DNA of 64,000 bases from contig RDEW01000011.1 of NCBI GenBank assembly GCA_011109175.1, positions 1,107,389 through 1,171,388 on the forward strand, written 5' to 3'. A program made the position numbers and the translations under genes. The first letter of the stretch is position 1. Each line of letters opens with the position of its first letter. This document shows, in pieces, positions 13,638 to 26,950 of this stretch. The notes beneath the pieces are model-generated. The model was not told the origin of the DNA. It saw only the letters and a list, made by a program, of their open reading frames with translations, and did not search any database. Source of the stretch: Dicyema japonicum. Taxonomy: Eukaryota; Animalia; Dicyemida.

Positions 13638-14224
13638 CGACAACGTGGAAGTGCTTACTATTATTGAATAAAGAAACATTAATATTTTTGAAAAAAAAGA
13701 ATATTAGTAAAGATTTACAGTTAAGAGGACGTAATTGAGGATGCTTCAAAATTTCGAGACTGCCTAAAAAATGTCTACTTTTTGGAATAGCTCGCAACAA
13801 CATAGATTTCCATATTAGTGTCTTTGAAATTTCTAATTTTTCTAATTAAGAATTTCAACTTTTTTTATTGATCTCCAACGTTTCATGTTTACAGTATATC
13901 CGTTCACAACTGTAATAGTCATTTCATGTTATATTTTGAATTTCTTGGTCAATTATTATAATTTCATTATGTTCTTGTCTTTTCGTAAAATATTTCTCAC
14001 TTCCGTTAGATCTCCACAAAAACAAATATTTCATCCCTTTTTATATGCTTTATTATTGTAATTTTTTGATGCAACTCTGAGCAACTGTTCTAATCCATAA
14101 TAGTTCAAAACTATTGGTCTTAACGAGAGTATATTTGCGCTATTTGAATTGATTTCGTTTGTAGAAAATTACTTAACAGTCAAAAGAACTAATTATATCA
14201 CAAATGGCGAGGTATTTTCAGAGG

Positions 14225-14760
14225 GAAAAAATGAACAATAGGTCATACAGCGTTCGATCTGACTGAGTGGCTATTCCTTCTCAGGATTGCGAACGAGATT
14301 CTCTCAAATAGTCAGCAGCGATTTCGGGGATCTCCTGTTCATCAAATGTCAGATTTGCTAAACGAATCAAGATTTCCAGCGTCGCAGGGATAAGGGAAGA
14401 AGAAATTTCAACTGTGTGGAACAAACAAAAATCCTCGAGTAGACCGCGTTCATTGCCGTTTTAACATCTCGTCCTGCTCAGCAGTAGCACACGCTCCAGA
14501 AGAATTCGGGAGTAGGGTGGAACAAACAAAAATCCTCGAGTAGACCGCGTTCATTGCCATTTTAACATCTCGGCCTGCTCAGCAGTAGCACACGCTCCAG
14601 AAAAATTCGGGAGAAGGATGCAAAGGGCAAACGTGTCTGTGCAGGTGACGTCTAAGACAAGATGTTTTCCGGCTTCAAATGTTAAAATGGTCATCCCATT
14701 TGGTCGTTTACTGTAACTCCTGCGAAAACCGATTAGTTAGAGCATTGATTGTCGCTTGGA
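14225..14760 (-). mobile_element. CRE-type retrotransposon RLE domain and C-terminus, with an internal 101-bp tandem duplication
   Basis: Minus strand KRPNGMTILTFEAGKHLVLDVTCTDTFA (RPDG..WD.T..DT motif) and ...LFERISFAILRRN; unit starting 14416 repeats at 14517. Confidence 0.8.
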
Positions 14761-15106
14761 AAACCAATTAGTTAGAGCACTTTGGAGAGTATGATTGTAT
14801 CATATAGCAACAATGTCGACGTTTCGCGGCGTTATTATAAACTTAATGAATGAGTAATGGATATTTAATCTTGGTCTGATTATGGAGAAATTCAATAGAA
14901 GAGTGTGAGCGAAGTGATGACAATACACATTCAGGAAAAGGAAAAAAACTGTGACACTTAATTTTACTCCTGTGACAATTGGGTTTAAGAGGAAACGAAT
15001 TGGATAGAGAAGATTTTAATTAGAATTAGTTTTTTAAAATAAAAAATGGAATAATTGCTGTTAAAATAATAAAACGAGTAAATTATCTAATTAAGTGAAT
15101 TTTAAT

Positions 15107-15356
15107 CCAAGTGGTTAGGTGTCGGGTCAAAGTGACTTAGGTTACGGGTTCGATTCTCGCTGCTGTTCACCTGGTAGAAGGTTCCACGCATCTACGATGC
15201 GGAAAGGGTTTGACGAGTGACGCCGTCATCAGTGGATACTCACTGCGGAACTGGATTCTCTAGAAAGGACCCACATACAAGAAAACAAAAAAGAAGTGAA
15301 GAGCATTCCTTGGTTCTACGATTAGTTAAAATTAACTGTTTTTTGCTTAATTAAAA
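15107..15356 (+). mobile_element. tRNA-derived SINE-like element, best-preserved head
   Basis: CCAAGTGGTTAGG (D-arm/A box) and GGGTTCGATTC (T-loop/B box) followed by the family body and tail. Confidence 0.75.
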
Positions 15357-15641
15357 TATGTCTCCTGTCTATGAGGAGCTATAAATATTATGGCTCTCGT
15401 GAAAAGTCTGTTATTATTTTTATTTAATCCAAATCGCTGGTAATCTATCTTCTTTTCTTCTTAAAAGAGTGTGCCACGAACTATATCTTATGCCGCATCT
15501 TCACGTTGAGTCACTCGATATATTTCTGTTCGAGGTTAGAGGATGTCTTCATGGCATTCCAGTTCCACAATTTGATAGATAAAGAGATAAGCCCATCATC
15601 AGAGACTTTCATCCGGTGTTTTTGTCCAATTAGCATGCTTT

Positions 15642-18600
15642 ATTTTAATAACCCCGGGAACACCGAGAAAGAAAGACAAAAAAGTCAAACAGTTAAGTGA
15701 TAACAGTCCTTGCAATCAATTGTGCCATTCGACGTCTGTGATCTTCCATCGTCTCCACTACTTTCCGGAAGAGCCTTCTATCGGTCTTGCAGAGGAATCC
15801 GATCGGGGAGTGGAATTTCTTATCCAATCGGTTTTCTCTTGCAATGGAAAGGATCAGGCAAAGCGGATTTCCATCTTCCTCACAGACGCGAAGAAATCCG
15901 GAGCCACGACTACAGATCTTAGCTTCCAAGAGTAGTGGGTCGACTGTTGATCTATTACGTGGGCAAAGCATACTGATTGTTTTCTGGTGTATCGAGTTGC
16001 ATCTTTGGACCATAGACTCCGATAGCGCGAATCTCCATGCAACAAAGGCATACTCAACGGCAGGCGCGATTGTTTGTTAGTAGAAGATAGAAACGGAAAA
16101 GTCCATGTTCCTTGTGGTCCTCCGGACAAGGGCGAGTAAAACGTTAATTTTCTGGAAGCCCCTGGTAATCATGTCTTTTGCGTGGGAGTTGAAATTGAGT
16201 AGACTGTCGTACTTGACTCCAAGGACAGTGGGGGACCTTGTCACTGGAATCCGAGTGGGACCAATAAAGATACTCGGTTCATTTTTGGAACGACGGTCCG
16301 AGATGAAAGTGGAACACGTGGGCTTGGTTGCAGTAATCGTAAGTCGATTGCCAACAATCCAATCGTGGAGAGTGTTCAATTTTGCCTGAGTTTTAAAGAG
16401 TGCGACTTGCGTCGAGCGGTTCCGTATTGCAATGACTACATCGTCTGCGTAAGATAATAGCAGGGAATCTTCGTCTCACTCATTAGGTAGGTCGTGTAGG
16501 AATAGATTGAATAGAATTGGTGAAAGTGGAGACCCCTGGGGTACCCCGCTCAGTAATAATCGTGATCTAGATCTGAGATCACCACTGACTACTCTTCCAC
16601 GTCTTCCAGACAAAAAGTTGGCCAGCCATAATTTCACATACGGACGAATATTAGTAGAAAATATTTTTCCAAACAGGATTTTCCTCGAAACAGTGTCAAA
16701 GGCTTTGTTGATGTCAATAGAAACCAAGATTGTGCGTTTGTGAGGCGGGGGATGGGTGTTAAAACCGTCGGCAATGAACTGCGATAGAGTTGCCAAGTAT
16801 GTAGCGGTGGACCTACCGCGGAGGAAACCATGTTGAAATATAGGACGTGGAAGATACGGAATAATGACTGATAATACAAGTTTCTCCATAATTTTTGACA
16901 GTTTGCTGGTAACGGAAATTGGCTTGTAGGATGCAGGTTCTGTCTCTGGTTTCCCAGTCTTTAATATCGGTCTGATGATAGAATTCTTCCAAATCTTGGA
17001 ATAATATTTTAGTTAATGGACAGGTTGTATATTTGCGTGAGGTAGCCAATTGCATAATGGCTTAGGTGTTTTAGGTGAATAGAAGATACTTTGTCAGGCC
17101 CGCACGCCCTGAGCTCTTTAATCTGGTGATCACATCCAAGACTTGGTCATCTGAGAATAGTTCGTGGTAAGGTTCCTTCTTCGGTTTATGAGCACGCACC
17201 TTAATGTCCAGGTGTTTCGAAAATAATTTGAAGCTAATCCCAGCGTAATGTTTCATAAGGGTGTTAGGATGTAGGTGGCATAAGTGTTCAGGAAAAGATT
17301 TTCCGGTTCCGTCTGCATCATCCAGCTCCGACTTGACTTGTTTAAGAGTTTTCCAGAAATGTCGGGATGTACTTTTCCTGTCGAGGTGGTTAACTAGATG
17401 CTGCCATCTCTTGTCCTTGTGTTCTTTTATGTTCTGACAGATCCTTTTATTTAGTCGTCTGAGGGCTGTCAAAGACTTCATGTCCAACAGATGGCATCTC
17501 TTCAGCCGGTCTCTTTGTTTTATAAGACTTATCGTATAAGAGCTGAGGGTAGGAATAAACTTCGACGATATAGGAATAAAAATATGGTCAGCTTTCTGAA
17601 TGGCAGAGCTGATAATTTCTTCTGCATCATCAATAGAACGTATTGGGGAGGATAATCTCCGGGCCAAGAATTTATCCACAAGGTTACTGAAACCAGACCA
17701 GTCAACCTTCGTATAATCTTTGAATCTTTTTGATTCCGCCGGCCGTCTCCTGTATCGTCGAAGACCTCTTAATTTTATAAGGATTCGATTGTGGTCACAG
17801 GATAAGCCGTAAAAGACGTTCCAGGAAATGATTCCAGCCAGAGAAGGTGAGCATAGTGTTAAGTCGGGGGATGTGCAGCTATCAGTCATCCTTAATGGGG
17901 TCCTCGTTTGTGAGTTAGGGTTGTTCAGTATAATCAGGTCAGGGAGATAATTTGCAATGAGTTCTCCTCGGTTATCAGAAGATTGGGAAGTGAGCCAAAC
18001 TGGATGTCGTGCATTAAGATCCCCACATAACAATAGATTTTTTAATGTTGAAATGCGTGATAAATCAGGGGTGTAAAATGACGGACACGATACTTGTGGA
18101 GGAATATATAAATTAGCCAAATGGATCCAAAAGGACGAGAATAACTCGATTTTGACAGTAATCTGCGACAAAGTCTTGTCGGTGCTAAGAAGCTCAGAGG
18201 TTCGTTGAGATGTATCAATATAGAGAATATTGTTTTTTATAATAGTGAGTAGTCTTCCTCCGCGTCCTCCTTGACGATCTTTACGGATCACTGTGTATCC
18301 GGGAAAAAAGGGTGTTGGTATGGAGGGAGATAGCTTGGACTCTTGTATTAAAGCGAGGTCAGCCTCATTTTCGCGGAGGAGTGCCCGGAGTTCAAAGATT
18401 TTCTTCCTGATCTCATTCATATTCAGTTGTATAATTGTATAACCTCTCCATGGACCAGGATTGGGTTCGACGTCTACACATAGACGAATCAAAAGTCTTG
18501 AACAAATGGGTACACCAGACAGGGTCAAAGACACAGGAGATGAAAGGACCACCGGACGGTGGGGAGAAGCTGTTGCATCTTTTCGTTCTTTTTTGAAATG

Positions 18601-18659
18601 GGTGACACCATTTCTGGTGAGCCACATGAGACCACGCTAACAACATAACCCTAAAACTT
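15642..18659 (-). mobile_element. Near full-length (about 3.0 kb) single-ORF APE-RT LINE with N-terminal 2A-like peptide; frameshifted
   Basis: ORF 17071-18627: DVEPNPGP, then QLNMNE, LIQESK, CGDLNARH, SPDLT and SCDH (APE); ORF 16476-16889: IDINKAFDTV and GVPQGSPLSP; YADD near 16445-16455; 3' tail CGGGGTTATTAAAATAAA; flanked by a 47-bp direct repeat. Confidence 0.92.
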
Positions 18660-19230
18660 ATCATCAGAGATTTTCATCCAGTGTTTTTGTCCATTTAGCA
18701 TGCTTTCGAGAGTTGTTTTCGACACAAATGACTGGATGTAAGTTTTCGTTGCTCCTTGAATAGATATCTCATCCGTATAATTTTTGAAGCATCTCGAAAC
18801 AACTCCATCCGAGGTCATAACCAGCGTGGTAATCTTTACTAGACAATCGTAGAGAAGGTCAAAAGTCTTGCTAAATCGATCCTCAAGATATGATAAAACT
18901 TTAGACATATTGCATGATCAAGCGATGGCTCCAGACAACATCAACTGTGGATCTTTTAGCCTATGTCTGGTTTATTTAATATAATTTTTTCTGACTTAGA
19001 CTTCTGACACATTATCTTCCGATAACATTTCCAAAAGGAGGGATTTTATATATCAATCTTTCCAGCCTTAGCCTTCCATTTACAGTTCGTTTCTTACTAT
19101 CATATACTGCTGATTGCCTTTTTGATCATCATGATTTTGAAGATAATATTTCTTCGTCTATTTTGTTGACACAACGTCGCCATTTTGCTTTTAGGCGATC
19201 CCTCCCATTAATAAATCTCATGATAATAGG
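18660..19230 (-). mobile_element. Decayed RTE-like 3' fragment; host of the 15642-18659 insertion, continuing at about 15480-15641
   Basis: Frameshifted RTE-like C-terminal residues (KTTLESML); sequence resumes across the 47-bp duplication. Confidence 0.45.
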
Positions 19231-19699
19231 CAAAACAAATAATAAGTCTATTTGGAGAATACCCATCTTGTATAAAAATTCAGATATGACTGAAAGAGGT
19301 TCGTGACATCACAACTTTCAGTATTAATGATCTCTTTTTTGAAAGATCTTTCGGTAGAATACATAAATCATACGACATGAAAACCCTATAGTGGCCCCAA
19401 TCCAAATGGGATATGTTGAACCTCAAGAAAACATCTTCCGATATCCCATGAGTTTTGAGCCTTCCCATAGAGACAAAAAGCTGACGATTCTAAGAATATG
19501 TCGAGTTTGTCCCGACCATGAAAAAAAATGATTTGAGTCATACCATGTAAGGATAGCTAGCCTAAATCAGACAAAAATTCTAAACACCTTCCATCCTGAG
19601 TTGTCTTGCAACAACCATAACTAGTATTCTTCGAACTAAGCATTCTTGCTCTAGAACTCAGAGATATATGTAGAACAATATATACCTAAACTCGGAATG

Positions 19700-21660
19700 A
19701 GGCGTTGCTTGCTTTTCTGGAAACTCTTGTTTTCTGGAGACATTGAACAAAACCCCAGGACCAAAACCCCTCATTATTAAACAGCTTAATGCTAACGGTA
19801 TAAAACAAAGATCCTGGAGCTACGTAGTCTTTTATCGAAACACGTTGTCTCAAAAATGGATAAACTCCATGCACTGGGAAATATTATGTTATTTGGTGAC
19901 CTCCATGGCAAACACCCCCAATAGGTTACTAATCATCGTCCCACAAGAGGGGTAATCTAATTGTTGACTACTTCTAAAAATAGTTATTCTAAACTACCCG
20001 AATATCCACACAAGAACAACAGTCAGAAAAAATGATTACCCAACTCCATTCAACCTGTCCATTTTTTCCTAAAGGATTGGCCCGCTAATTTCGTGGAAAG
20101 TCTCCTACGACTTCCATGGTGATCATAATCTAATTATACCGAAGATGAGCCGATTCAAAAGCCAACACAGAATCAATGCAACTTTCAAAACTACAAGAAA
20201 GCAGACTGGCCAAATTTCAAGCTATTCAATTGACCGTAATCTAATGGGATTTGATCCTTGCACATTTGATTCTATCGATATGGCAGTGGATCATCTGAAC
20301 TGTGTAATCCTCACAGCAGAAAGCTGTTTTTCTCTCGAGCAGTTATAAATGCTATAACAATACGTTCGATTGCGAAACTGGTTCCCTTATAAAGAAAAGG
20401 AACGCTCTAAAAAGAACCAACCCCTTACCACATCTGACCTGAAGAATATAAAATGTTTAAATCAAAAAACACAACCTTCATCAAAAAAAGTCTTGAAACC
20501 GACTATTATAATCTATTGGACAAATGAAATCTACGACACTACTTTGGAATATTATCCGTCGAATCTAATTAAGCATATCGAGTGAATTAGAATCTCGTTC
20601 TCAAAATATTAAGGAAACCAACAATCTGATGAAGTATTACGCGTATATAAGTCGCAAGGACTTTTCGAAGACATAATCATGTCGCTTACGTAATTTGGTA
20701 CCTAAACCAAGTATTGCTTGATGGATAAACATCCAAATATCGTTTGATTCAGTACTAATGAAAAAAAATCCTACTAATGAAAAAAAGTCTTCAACACTTC
20801 CCTTCATCTACTTTAAAACGATGATAACCAATTATTTTAACGGACGAAGGGGACGTGTGTGTATAGGCCAATGAAAATCGAGATCCCGTCTCCTCCCGAA
20901 TGGAGTCGCCCCTTTCTCTGGCGCTTTTCAACTTATTCTTAGGCCTTACTTCAAAAATTTGAGTGACCTTGATTTTTCAAAGCATACACCATAGAGGATG
21001 GGGCACAATTTATGCAATTCATTCTCCTCCCAGGAGTCTCTTCTCACGCAGTCAGTTCGTGTTTTCCTACAAAACNNNNNNNNNNNNNNNNNNNNNNNNN
21101 NNNNNNNNNNNNNNNNNNNNNNNNNNNNNNNNNNTGGAATATTATCCGTCGAATCTAATTAAGCATATCGAGTGAATTAGAATCTCGTTCTCAAAATATT
21201 AGGAAACCAACAATCTGATGAAGTATTACGTTTATATAAGTCGCAAGGACTTTTCGAAGACATAATCATGTCGCTTACGTAATTTGGTACCTAAACCAAG
21301 TATTGCTCGATGGATAAACATCCAAATATCGTTTGATTCAGTCACGAGAATCCTACTAATGAAAAAAAGTCTTCAACACTTCCCTTCATCTACTTTAAAA
21401 CGATGATAACCAATTATTTTAACGGACGAAGGGGACGTGTGTATATATGCCATTGAAGATCGAGATCCCGTCTCCTCCCGAATGGAGTCGCCCCTTTCTC
21501 TGGAGCTTTTCAACTTATTCTTAGGCCTTGCTTCAAAAATTTGAGTGACCTTGATTTTTCAAAGCATACACCATAGAGGATGGGGCACAATTTATGCAAT
21601 TCATTCTGCTCCCAGGAGTCTCTTCTCACGCAGTCAGTTCGTGTTTTCCTACAAAACAGA
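19700..21660 (+). mobile_element. Decayed APE-RT LINE with a frameshifted 2A-like motif; includes a duplicated contig end around the 59-N gap (21076-21134)
   Basis: SGDIEQNP(+1 C)GP, then LIIKQLNANGIK (APE start); SRSRLLPNGV RT piece at 20878 and 21460; 20544-21075 is repeated at 21135-21658. Confidence 0.75.
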
Positions 21661-21699
21661 TAAATCCCGTCTTCTTGCAAAGAGAGGATATGTGTCCAT

Positions 21700-24470
21700 A
21701 GCGTTGGCTTAGCGTGGCGTTATGTGGTTCACCGATTCTGTAAGTATTGATAACGCCCAGAGGGTACCTAATGTTACTCCAAATAAAACCATTAAACATT
21801 TACCTCCAAGAAAACTGTCTTCCTGGCGGCACGCACTTTTAGCTTCATCTACCCGGAAGGAACCCATTGCCTACCGCAAGATACGGACCAAGGTTCTATA
21901 ACTAAATGTCAATGGAGTAAGGAGCAAAATATTGAACTGCGCTCTCTCCTGGCTGAGCTTAAGATCGACTTGGCTTTGATACAAAAGACGAAACCGTATA
22001 TAAACAGTCCTATCCCGGTGCTCCTTGGATAAAAGTCAATGCGGACTGACCGAAAGAAGAAGCAGAATGGTAGCCTACTCATTTTATATTGGAAAGACCT
22101 TAAATGTGTAAACATCACTTTAGTGGTAAAGAATATTTGGCAGACGACTATGTTACTGTGCTCTTTGGATAAAAGTAAAAACGGACTGACCGAAAGAAGA
22201 AGCAGAGTGGTAGCCTACTCATTTTATATTGGAAAGACCTTAAATGTGTAAACATCACTTTAGTGGTAAAGAATATTTGGCAGACGACTATGTTACTGAA
22301 GTCAATGCAGTCTCACTTGTAACAAAAATGGAAAAATTACTTTTGTGAACGTCTATGTACCTCCCCTTGTTCTTGCCTGAAGCAACACTTTGCCCAATTT
22401 ATCTACCTTGGTTTCCTTGAACGACGTGATCATTGGTGGGGATATCAACGCCAAACACCCCCTATGGCTGGAAAGTCAATCATCCAATTCAAGAGGAAAA
22501 GTACTACTTTCGCAGATAGGATTTTTTAGGGTCATGAATGACCCGTCAAAACATACGAGAACCCTCTTCAGAGAGTCAGACCAACTAACTTCTCCAGACA
22601 TCACGCTTAGTTCTTCCGACCTGGTCAGTCACTTACAACTCAAGAAGTGACCACAATGCCATTTTTTTGAAGATCAAGAAAGAAACGTCAACTAGGAGGA
22701 GGTCCTCTGAACAATTCAACTACAAACGCGCAGACTAGAGACTTTACTGTACACTTGCTGACAACCTACTGCAGTACCTGAATGGCATTACTTTTATGGA
22801 CAAAGTAGTCGATTATGTAAACCGCACTACCTTGGCTGCGAGATAACTATCTGTACCTAAGCACCACCTTAACTACACCAGGGGATATGACAGGCCGGTA
22901 TGAACTTACGAAAGAAACCAACTCGAATAGTCTGGCGGATTAACTACTGAGGATAAGATTAGATTGAAGGCTTTGAACAATGAACTAAAAAACATTGAGG
23001 TAAAAGAACTAATATCAAGATTGAAACATGTGTTCTTCTCATTGAATAGAAATAGACTCACTAGTGAAATTTGAAGACCATCCGAGACACTTCAAAAAAG
23101 AATGAATTATCGTGTGAGGTGGATCACAGCATAAAAGACATAAACAACCTAATAAAATACTATGTGAAAATATCCCATAAGGACCACAAGAAGTCCGATG
23201 TATCTCCGAAATATCTTAGTAAACGAAAAAGGAACTGGAAACAATTCACATCACTAAATATGAAGTGAGATATGCATTGAAAGGCATTAGAACAAACTAT
23301 TCTAACGGACTGAATGAGATCCCAATAAAGAATCTTGGGGAATATGTCACATCATAAAAATGACATGAGATATGCATTGAAAGCCATTAGAACAAACTAT
23401 TCTAACGGACTGAATGAGATCCCAATAAAGAATCTTGGGGAATATGGAATCGCTGCATTAACGAAGATATTTAACCACTCTATTAACAAGAATTTTATCT
23501 CAGCCTTATGGAATCTTGTCCACCTACGTCCAATTTTGAATCCCGGAAAAGTGAAGAAGGACCAGGCTTCGTACAGATCAGTCACGTTATTGTGTTCGGT
23601 GTTGAAAATTCTGGAAAGGCTGGTTCTTGTGAAAATCAAAAATTTCCTCCCGGAAATGTCATTTCAACATGGTTTTAAAGAGGAGAGGTCTACTTCGACC
23701 CATTTATCTTCATTGACTAACTTTATGCGATATGGCTTTTTGCACAGGCTGGGACACATGAAAACTGTACTTTGCTCCATTGACGTCCACAAAGCTTTTG
23801 ATTCTGTGTCAAGGAATATTCTCACTTGGAAAATTACCAAAGATCCCTGGAAAGCTTAAACTCTGGCTAGCTAATTTCCTTAGTGGTCAGAAGGGACGCG
23901 TCTGCATTGCCCAGTCAAGGTCTGAGTATTGTTATTCAATCTATTCATGGCTGACTTCCCCACTCCAGACCCCTAATTATTCTGATATTGCGTCACGCGA
24001 TCAGGACATCCAAATCGCCACTTCGAGACTACAAGAAAATCTGGACTTTGGTGGGCCTATTCTGTACCATTCACATGTAATTGGTACGCAGGCAATGTTG
24101 AAACCAAGACTGACAAGCGATGTGTCCTCCTCCCTGGAGCCGACTAGAACCTTTGCAAGAGGGAGTCTTTTATCTCTCTTCGTGGTAGAGAGGGATTCTT
24201 TAAAAAATTCATTAAGGTTGTTATTATCAACTCAAAAGGGCAGATTCTCCAACACTCAACAGTACTGGAATAGGCCCTTGAAATGACAAGGATGAAGTTA
24301 ATCAATACCGTAAATGTTGCGGTTAAATTCTTTAATGGCAGAAATGAATTCAGTTTCCATTATGTGGAATTCGGTTTCCAGTGGTCGCACAAAAGACCTC
24401 AAGTCTTCTGGTGCACCAGGGAGTTTCGCCCTCAACAGGCCTTGAATATTCAAAAATGGCATTAGAGTAA
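21700..24470 (+). mobile_element. Decayed APE-RT LINE with the family 5' head motif
   Basis: ATG at 21722 in frame with KVL*LNVNGVRSK; GGDINAKHP and TSPDIT (APE); DVHKAFDSV (RT); internal tandem duplications of 140 and 100 bp. Confidence 0.85.
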
Positions 24471-24799
24471 GAAGACGGAAAGCGGCTCCCACGTCACGCT
24501 CAAAAAGTTTTAAGCCAATAAATTTATTGAGACCTGAGACCGGTGTCTGGCTGAGCTGTAAGAGGCAAATCCGAAATTACTAGCTTGTCTGGGAAATATA
24601 CTGTTTGAACTTTGATGATTCGCGAGAATGATTTCTTACTGTCGATCTCCAGATGCTACGAGGGTGTTGTTAATGAGACAAGTAAGACAGGAAGCTACCT
24701 GGATTCGTGCCCCCGAGCATCAACATGTTCAATCGCACATAACTCAAATTGAGTGTGACGAGTGGTAGTGGACTAATAGTTTTTGTTTAAGTGATACAT

Positions 24800-25860
24800 A
24801 GGATTGTACGATGTAAAAATAAAGCACCTGAATGGTATTTTATTCCAAAATTCCATTAAATAACTTCTGATATTGTAGAGCCCTTCAATAGACTTGAAGA
24901 AAGCATTCGACTCCATGTCCCGGACGCTACTTATAGAGAAAATTTCTGACACTCTTATAAATCCAAGCATTAAAAGATGGCTGTTGAATTTTCCAAATGG
25001 AAGAAGGGGACAAGTGATGTCGGACAACAGAAAATCCAAATCCCGTTTATTGCCGAATGGTGTCCCTCAAGGTTCACCTCTTTCTCCTTTGCTCTCCAAC
25101 TTGTACTCCAATGACCTTCCCACCAATGATGATCCCGATACATTGATACTCTCATACGCAGTTGACATTGTTCTTGCGACAAGAGACTCTAACTATGAAA
25201 AAGCTTCAAAGTTATATTGTTATATCGGAACATTGGCTCATATCAAATCGACTGGATGTTTCTACAGGAAAGTCATTAGTAGAGAATAATCCATACTTTT
25301 AAGTTTTTTTTACTAGGAATCAAAAATTTAAACAATAGAATTCAGGTAGTTGCCGCCTTCACTGCGTGGCTGTTCCCTCTCAAAATTGCAAGCAAAATTC
25401 GCTCAAATAGCCAGCGGCGTTCACGGAGATCTCCAGTGCATGAGGTGATCCGGAAAGTCATTTATAAATAAATTTCTCTACATATAGAAGATCATTATAT
25501 TCTCCCAAAATCAAATTGTTTGGATATGAAATTCATTTGGATAAGTCTCCAACAATACTAGGATTAAAGTTGGATACTCTCCTGACATTCGGCCAACACG
25601 TCAATGACGTTATTACCGAGGTCAAAGGAGGACCAACATATTGAAAATTTTTTACCGATCACTAATCAGGCACAACACTTTCTTACTAAAGAAAATTTAC
25701 AGACAATACATACTACCAGTAATTGCATGTCCTTCCTGGAGCTCAATGATTTCTGAATCGTCGTCTCAAAAATTAGATGCCGCACAACTTGCTACCTTGA
25801 AAATAATTAATAAGAAACCTGTGAATAACGTATTGAATGTTAAAAAACATCTAAAGTGAA
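24800..25860 (+). mobile_element. LINE RT fragments interrupted by a minus-strand CRE C-terminal fragment (about 25320-25445)
   Basis: KAFDSMSR, NGVPQGSPLSP and YAVD (degenerate YADD); minus strand TGDLRERRWLFERILLAILRGNSH. Confidence 0.75.
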
Positions 25861-26950
25861 GTCAGTTCTACAGTGGGCAATGAAAACCGGCTGTCCGCTT
25901 TCATTCTATATATCTGACTATCTAGAAAATGCAGGGAATCTATGGAGAATGTGACCGTCCCCGTGTTTACCAATTATTTTGGATTTTCGAGGACCCCGAA
26001 CAAGAGCCAGAACCCTGAAAACCTTGATCATTTGGTAGTTAACCTTTAACTTTTTCTAATCCAGTGATCTTGGGGTAGAACAAACCCTTCATGGAGTATG
26101 TCATTATCATAGAATTTGATATTGTTTTGGTGTCATATGAAAAAGTTGATAACGCGATGTTACCGCATTAAAACTGTAGAAAATAACGATTAATGAAAAA
26201 AACCTTTAAAAACCCAGTAGTATTGTTATAGTATAACCACACTAAGTTTAACATAAATTTATTATAATTGACTTCTTTTCTAAACTAATTACTCCACTTA
26301 TGGTATGATCTATCCCTCCCTGAGAATTATAGGATAATGAGAAAATTATATTCACTTAACAAAAAGACCGAAAATTGTATTTTATTTGTACCTCCAAAAA
26401 TTGATACAATCGATGAGATGTTATAACGATCTTTAATTTTAGATTATTTCTCGACTATTGATAATAATAGTTTTAACTGCCTTAAGTAGTTTAATAATTT
26501 AATATCCATAATGTTGGTATTTATGGTCATTAACCTTAATAAATTTGAAGTGACAATTCCAAGACTAGTTCTTCAGAGCACGTGAGATCATAAGAAGGTT
26601 AGTTTTCATTTTGTTGTCTTTCGTCCTTCATCACGAGCCAATAATTCCTATAATGGTAGGAGTGGTAAAAAATTCAAAAATTATAAATGCCATTTTAAAC
26701 CAGGTTTTTGAATATATAATTCATAATTGCATGACAAAAGCGCATGCAGTGGTGAGTGTAAAGAACTCCCCAAGAGCTATCGGTATGAACAAGCATTTTA
26801 TAATTAATAAGAAAGCATTAAGTAAATAATTCAGGTTTATTTGTTTAACACTTGAATTACCCTAATCAATCGAAATTATGTAAATCTAGGAATTAATTTA
26901 AAATAATAGCTATTCTAAAGGATATCTCTGACAGTTTCCAGAGGAACCAG

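Noticed and set aside
14416-14613. CRISPR-like or satellite array
   Set aside because: Only two-unit duplications with no repeat-spacer pattern anywhere; eukaryotic context
15107-15175. SINE head as a functional tRNA gene
   Set aside because: Only D- and T-arm-like boxes are present; no acceptor stem or anticodon arm could be folded
15205-15235. Hammerhead ribozyme in the SINE body (CTGATGA on the minus strand followed by a stem)
   Set aside because: No GAAA after the would-be stem II (reads CAAAC) and an extra base before it; the core is not canonical in any copy
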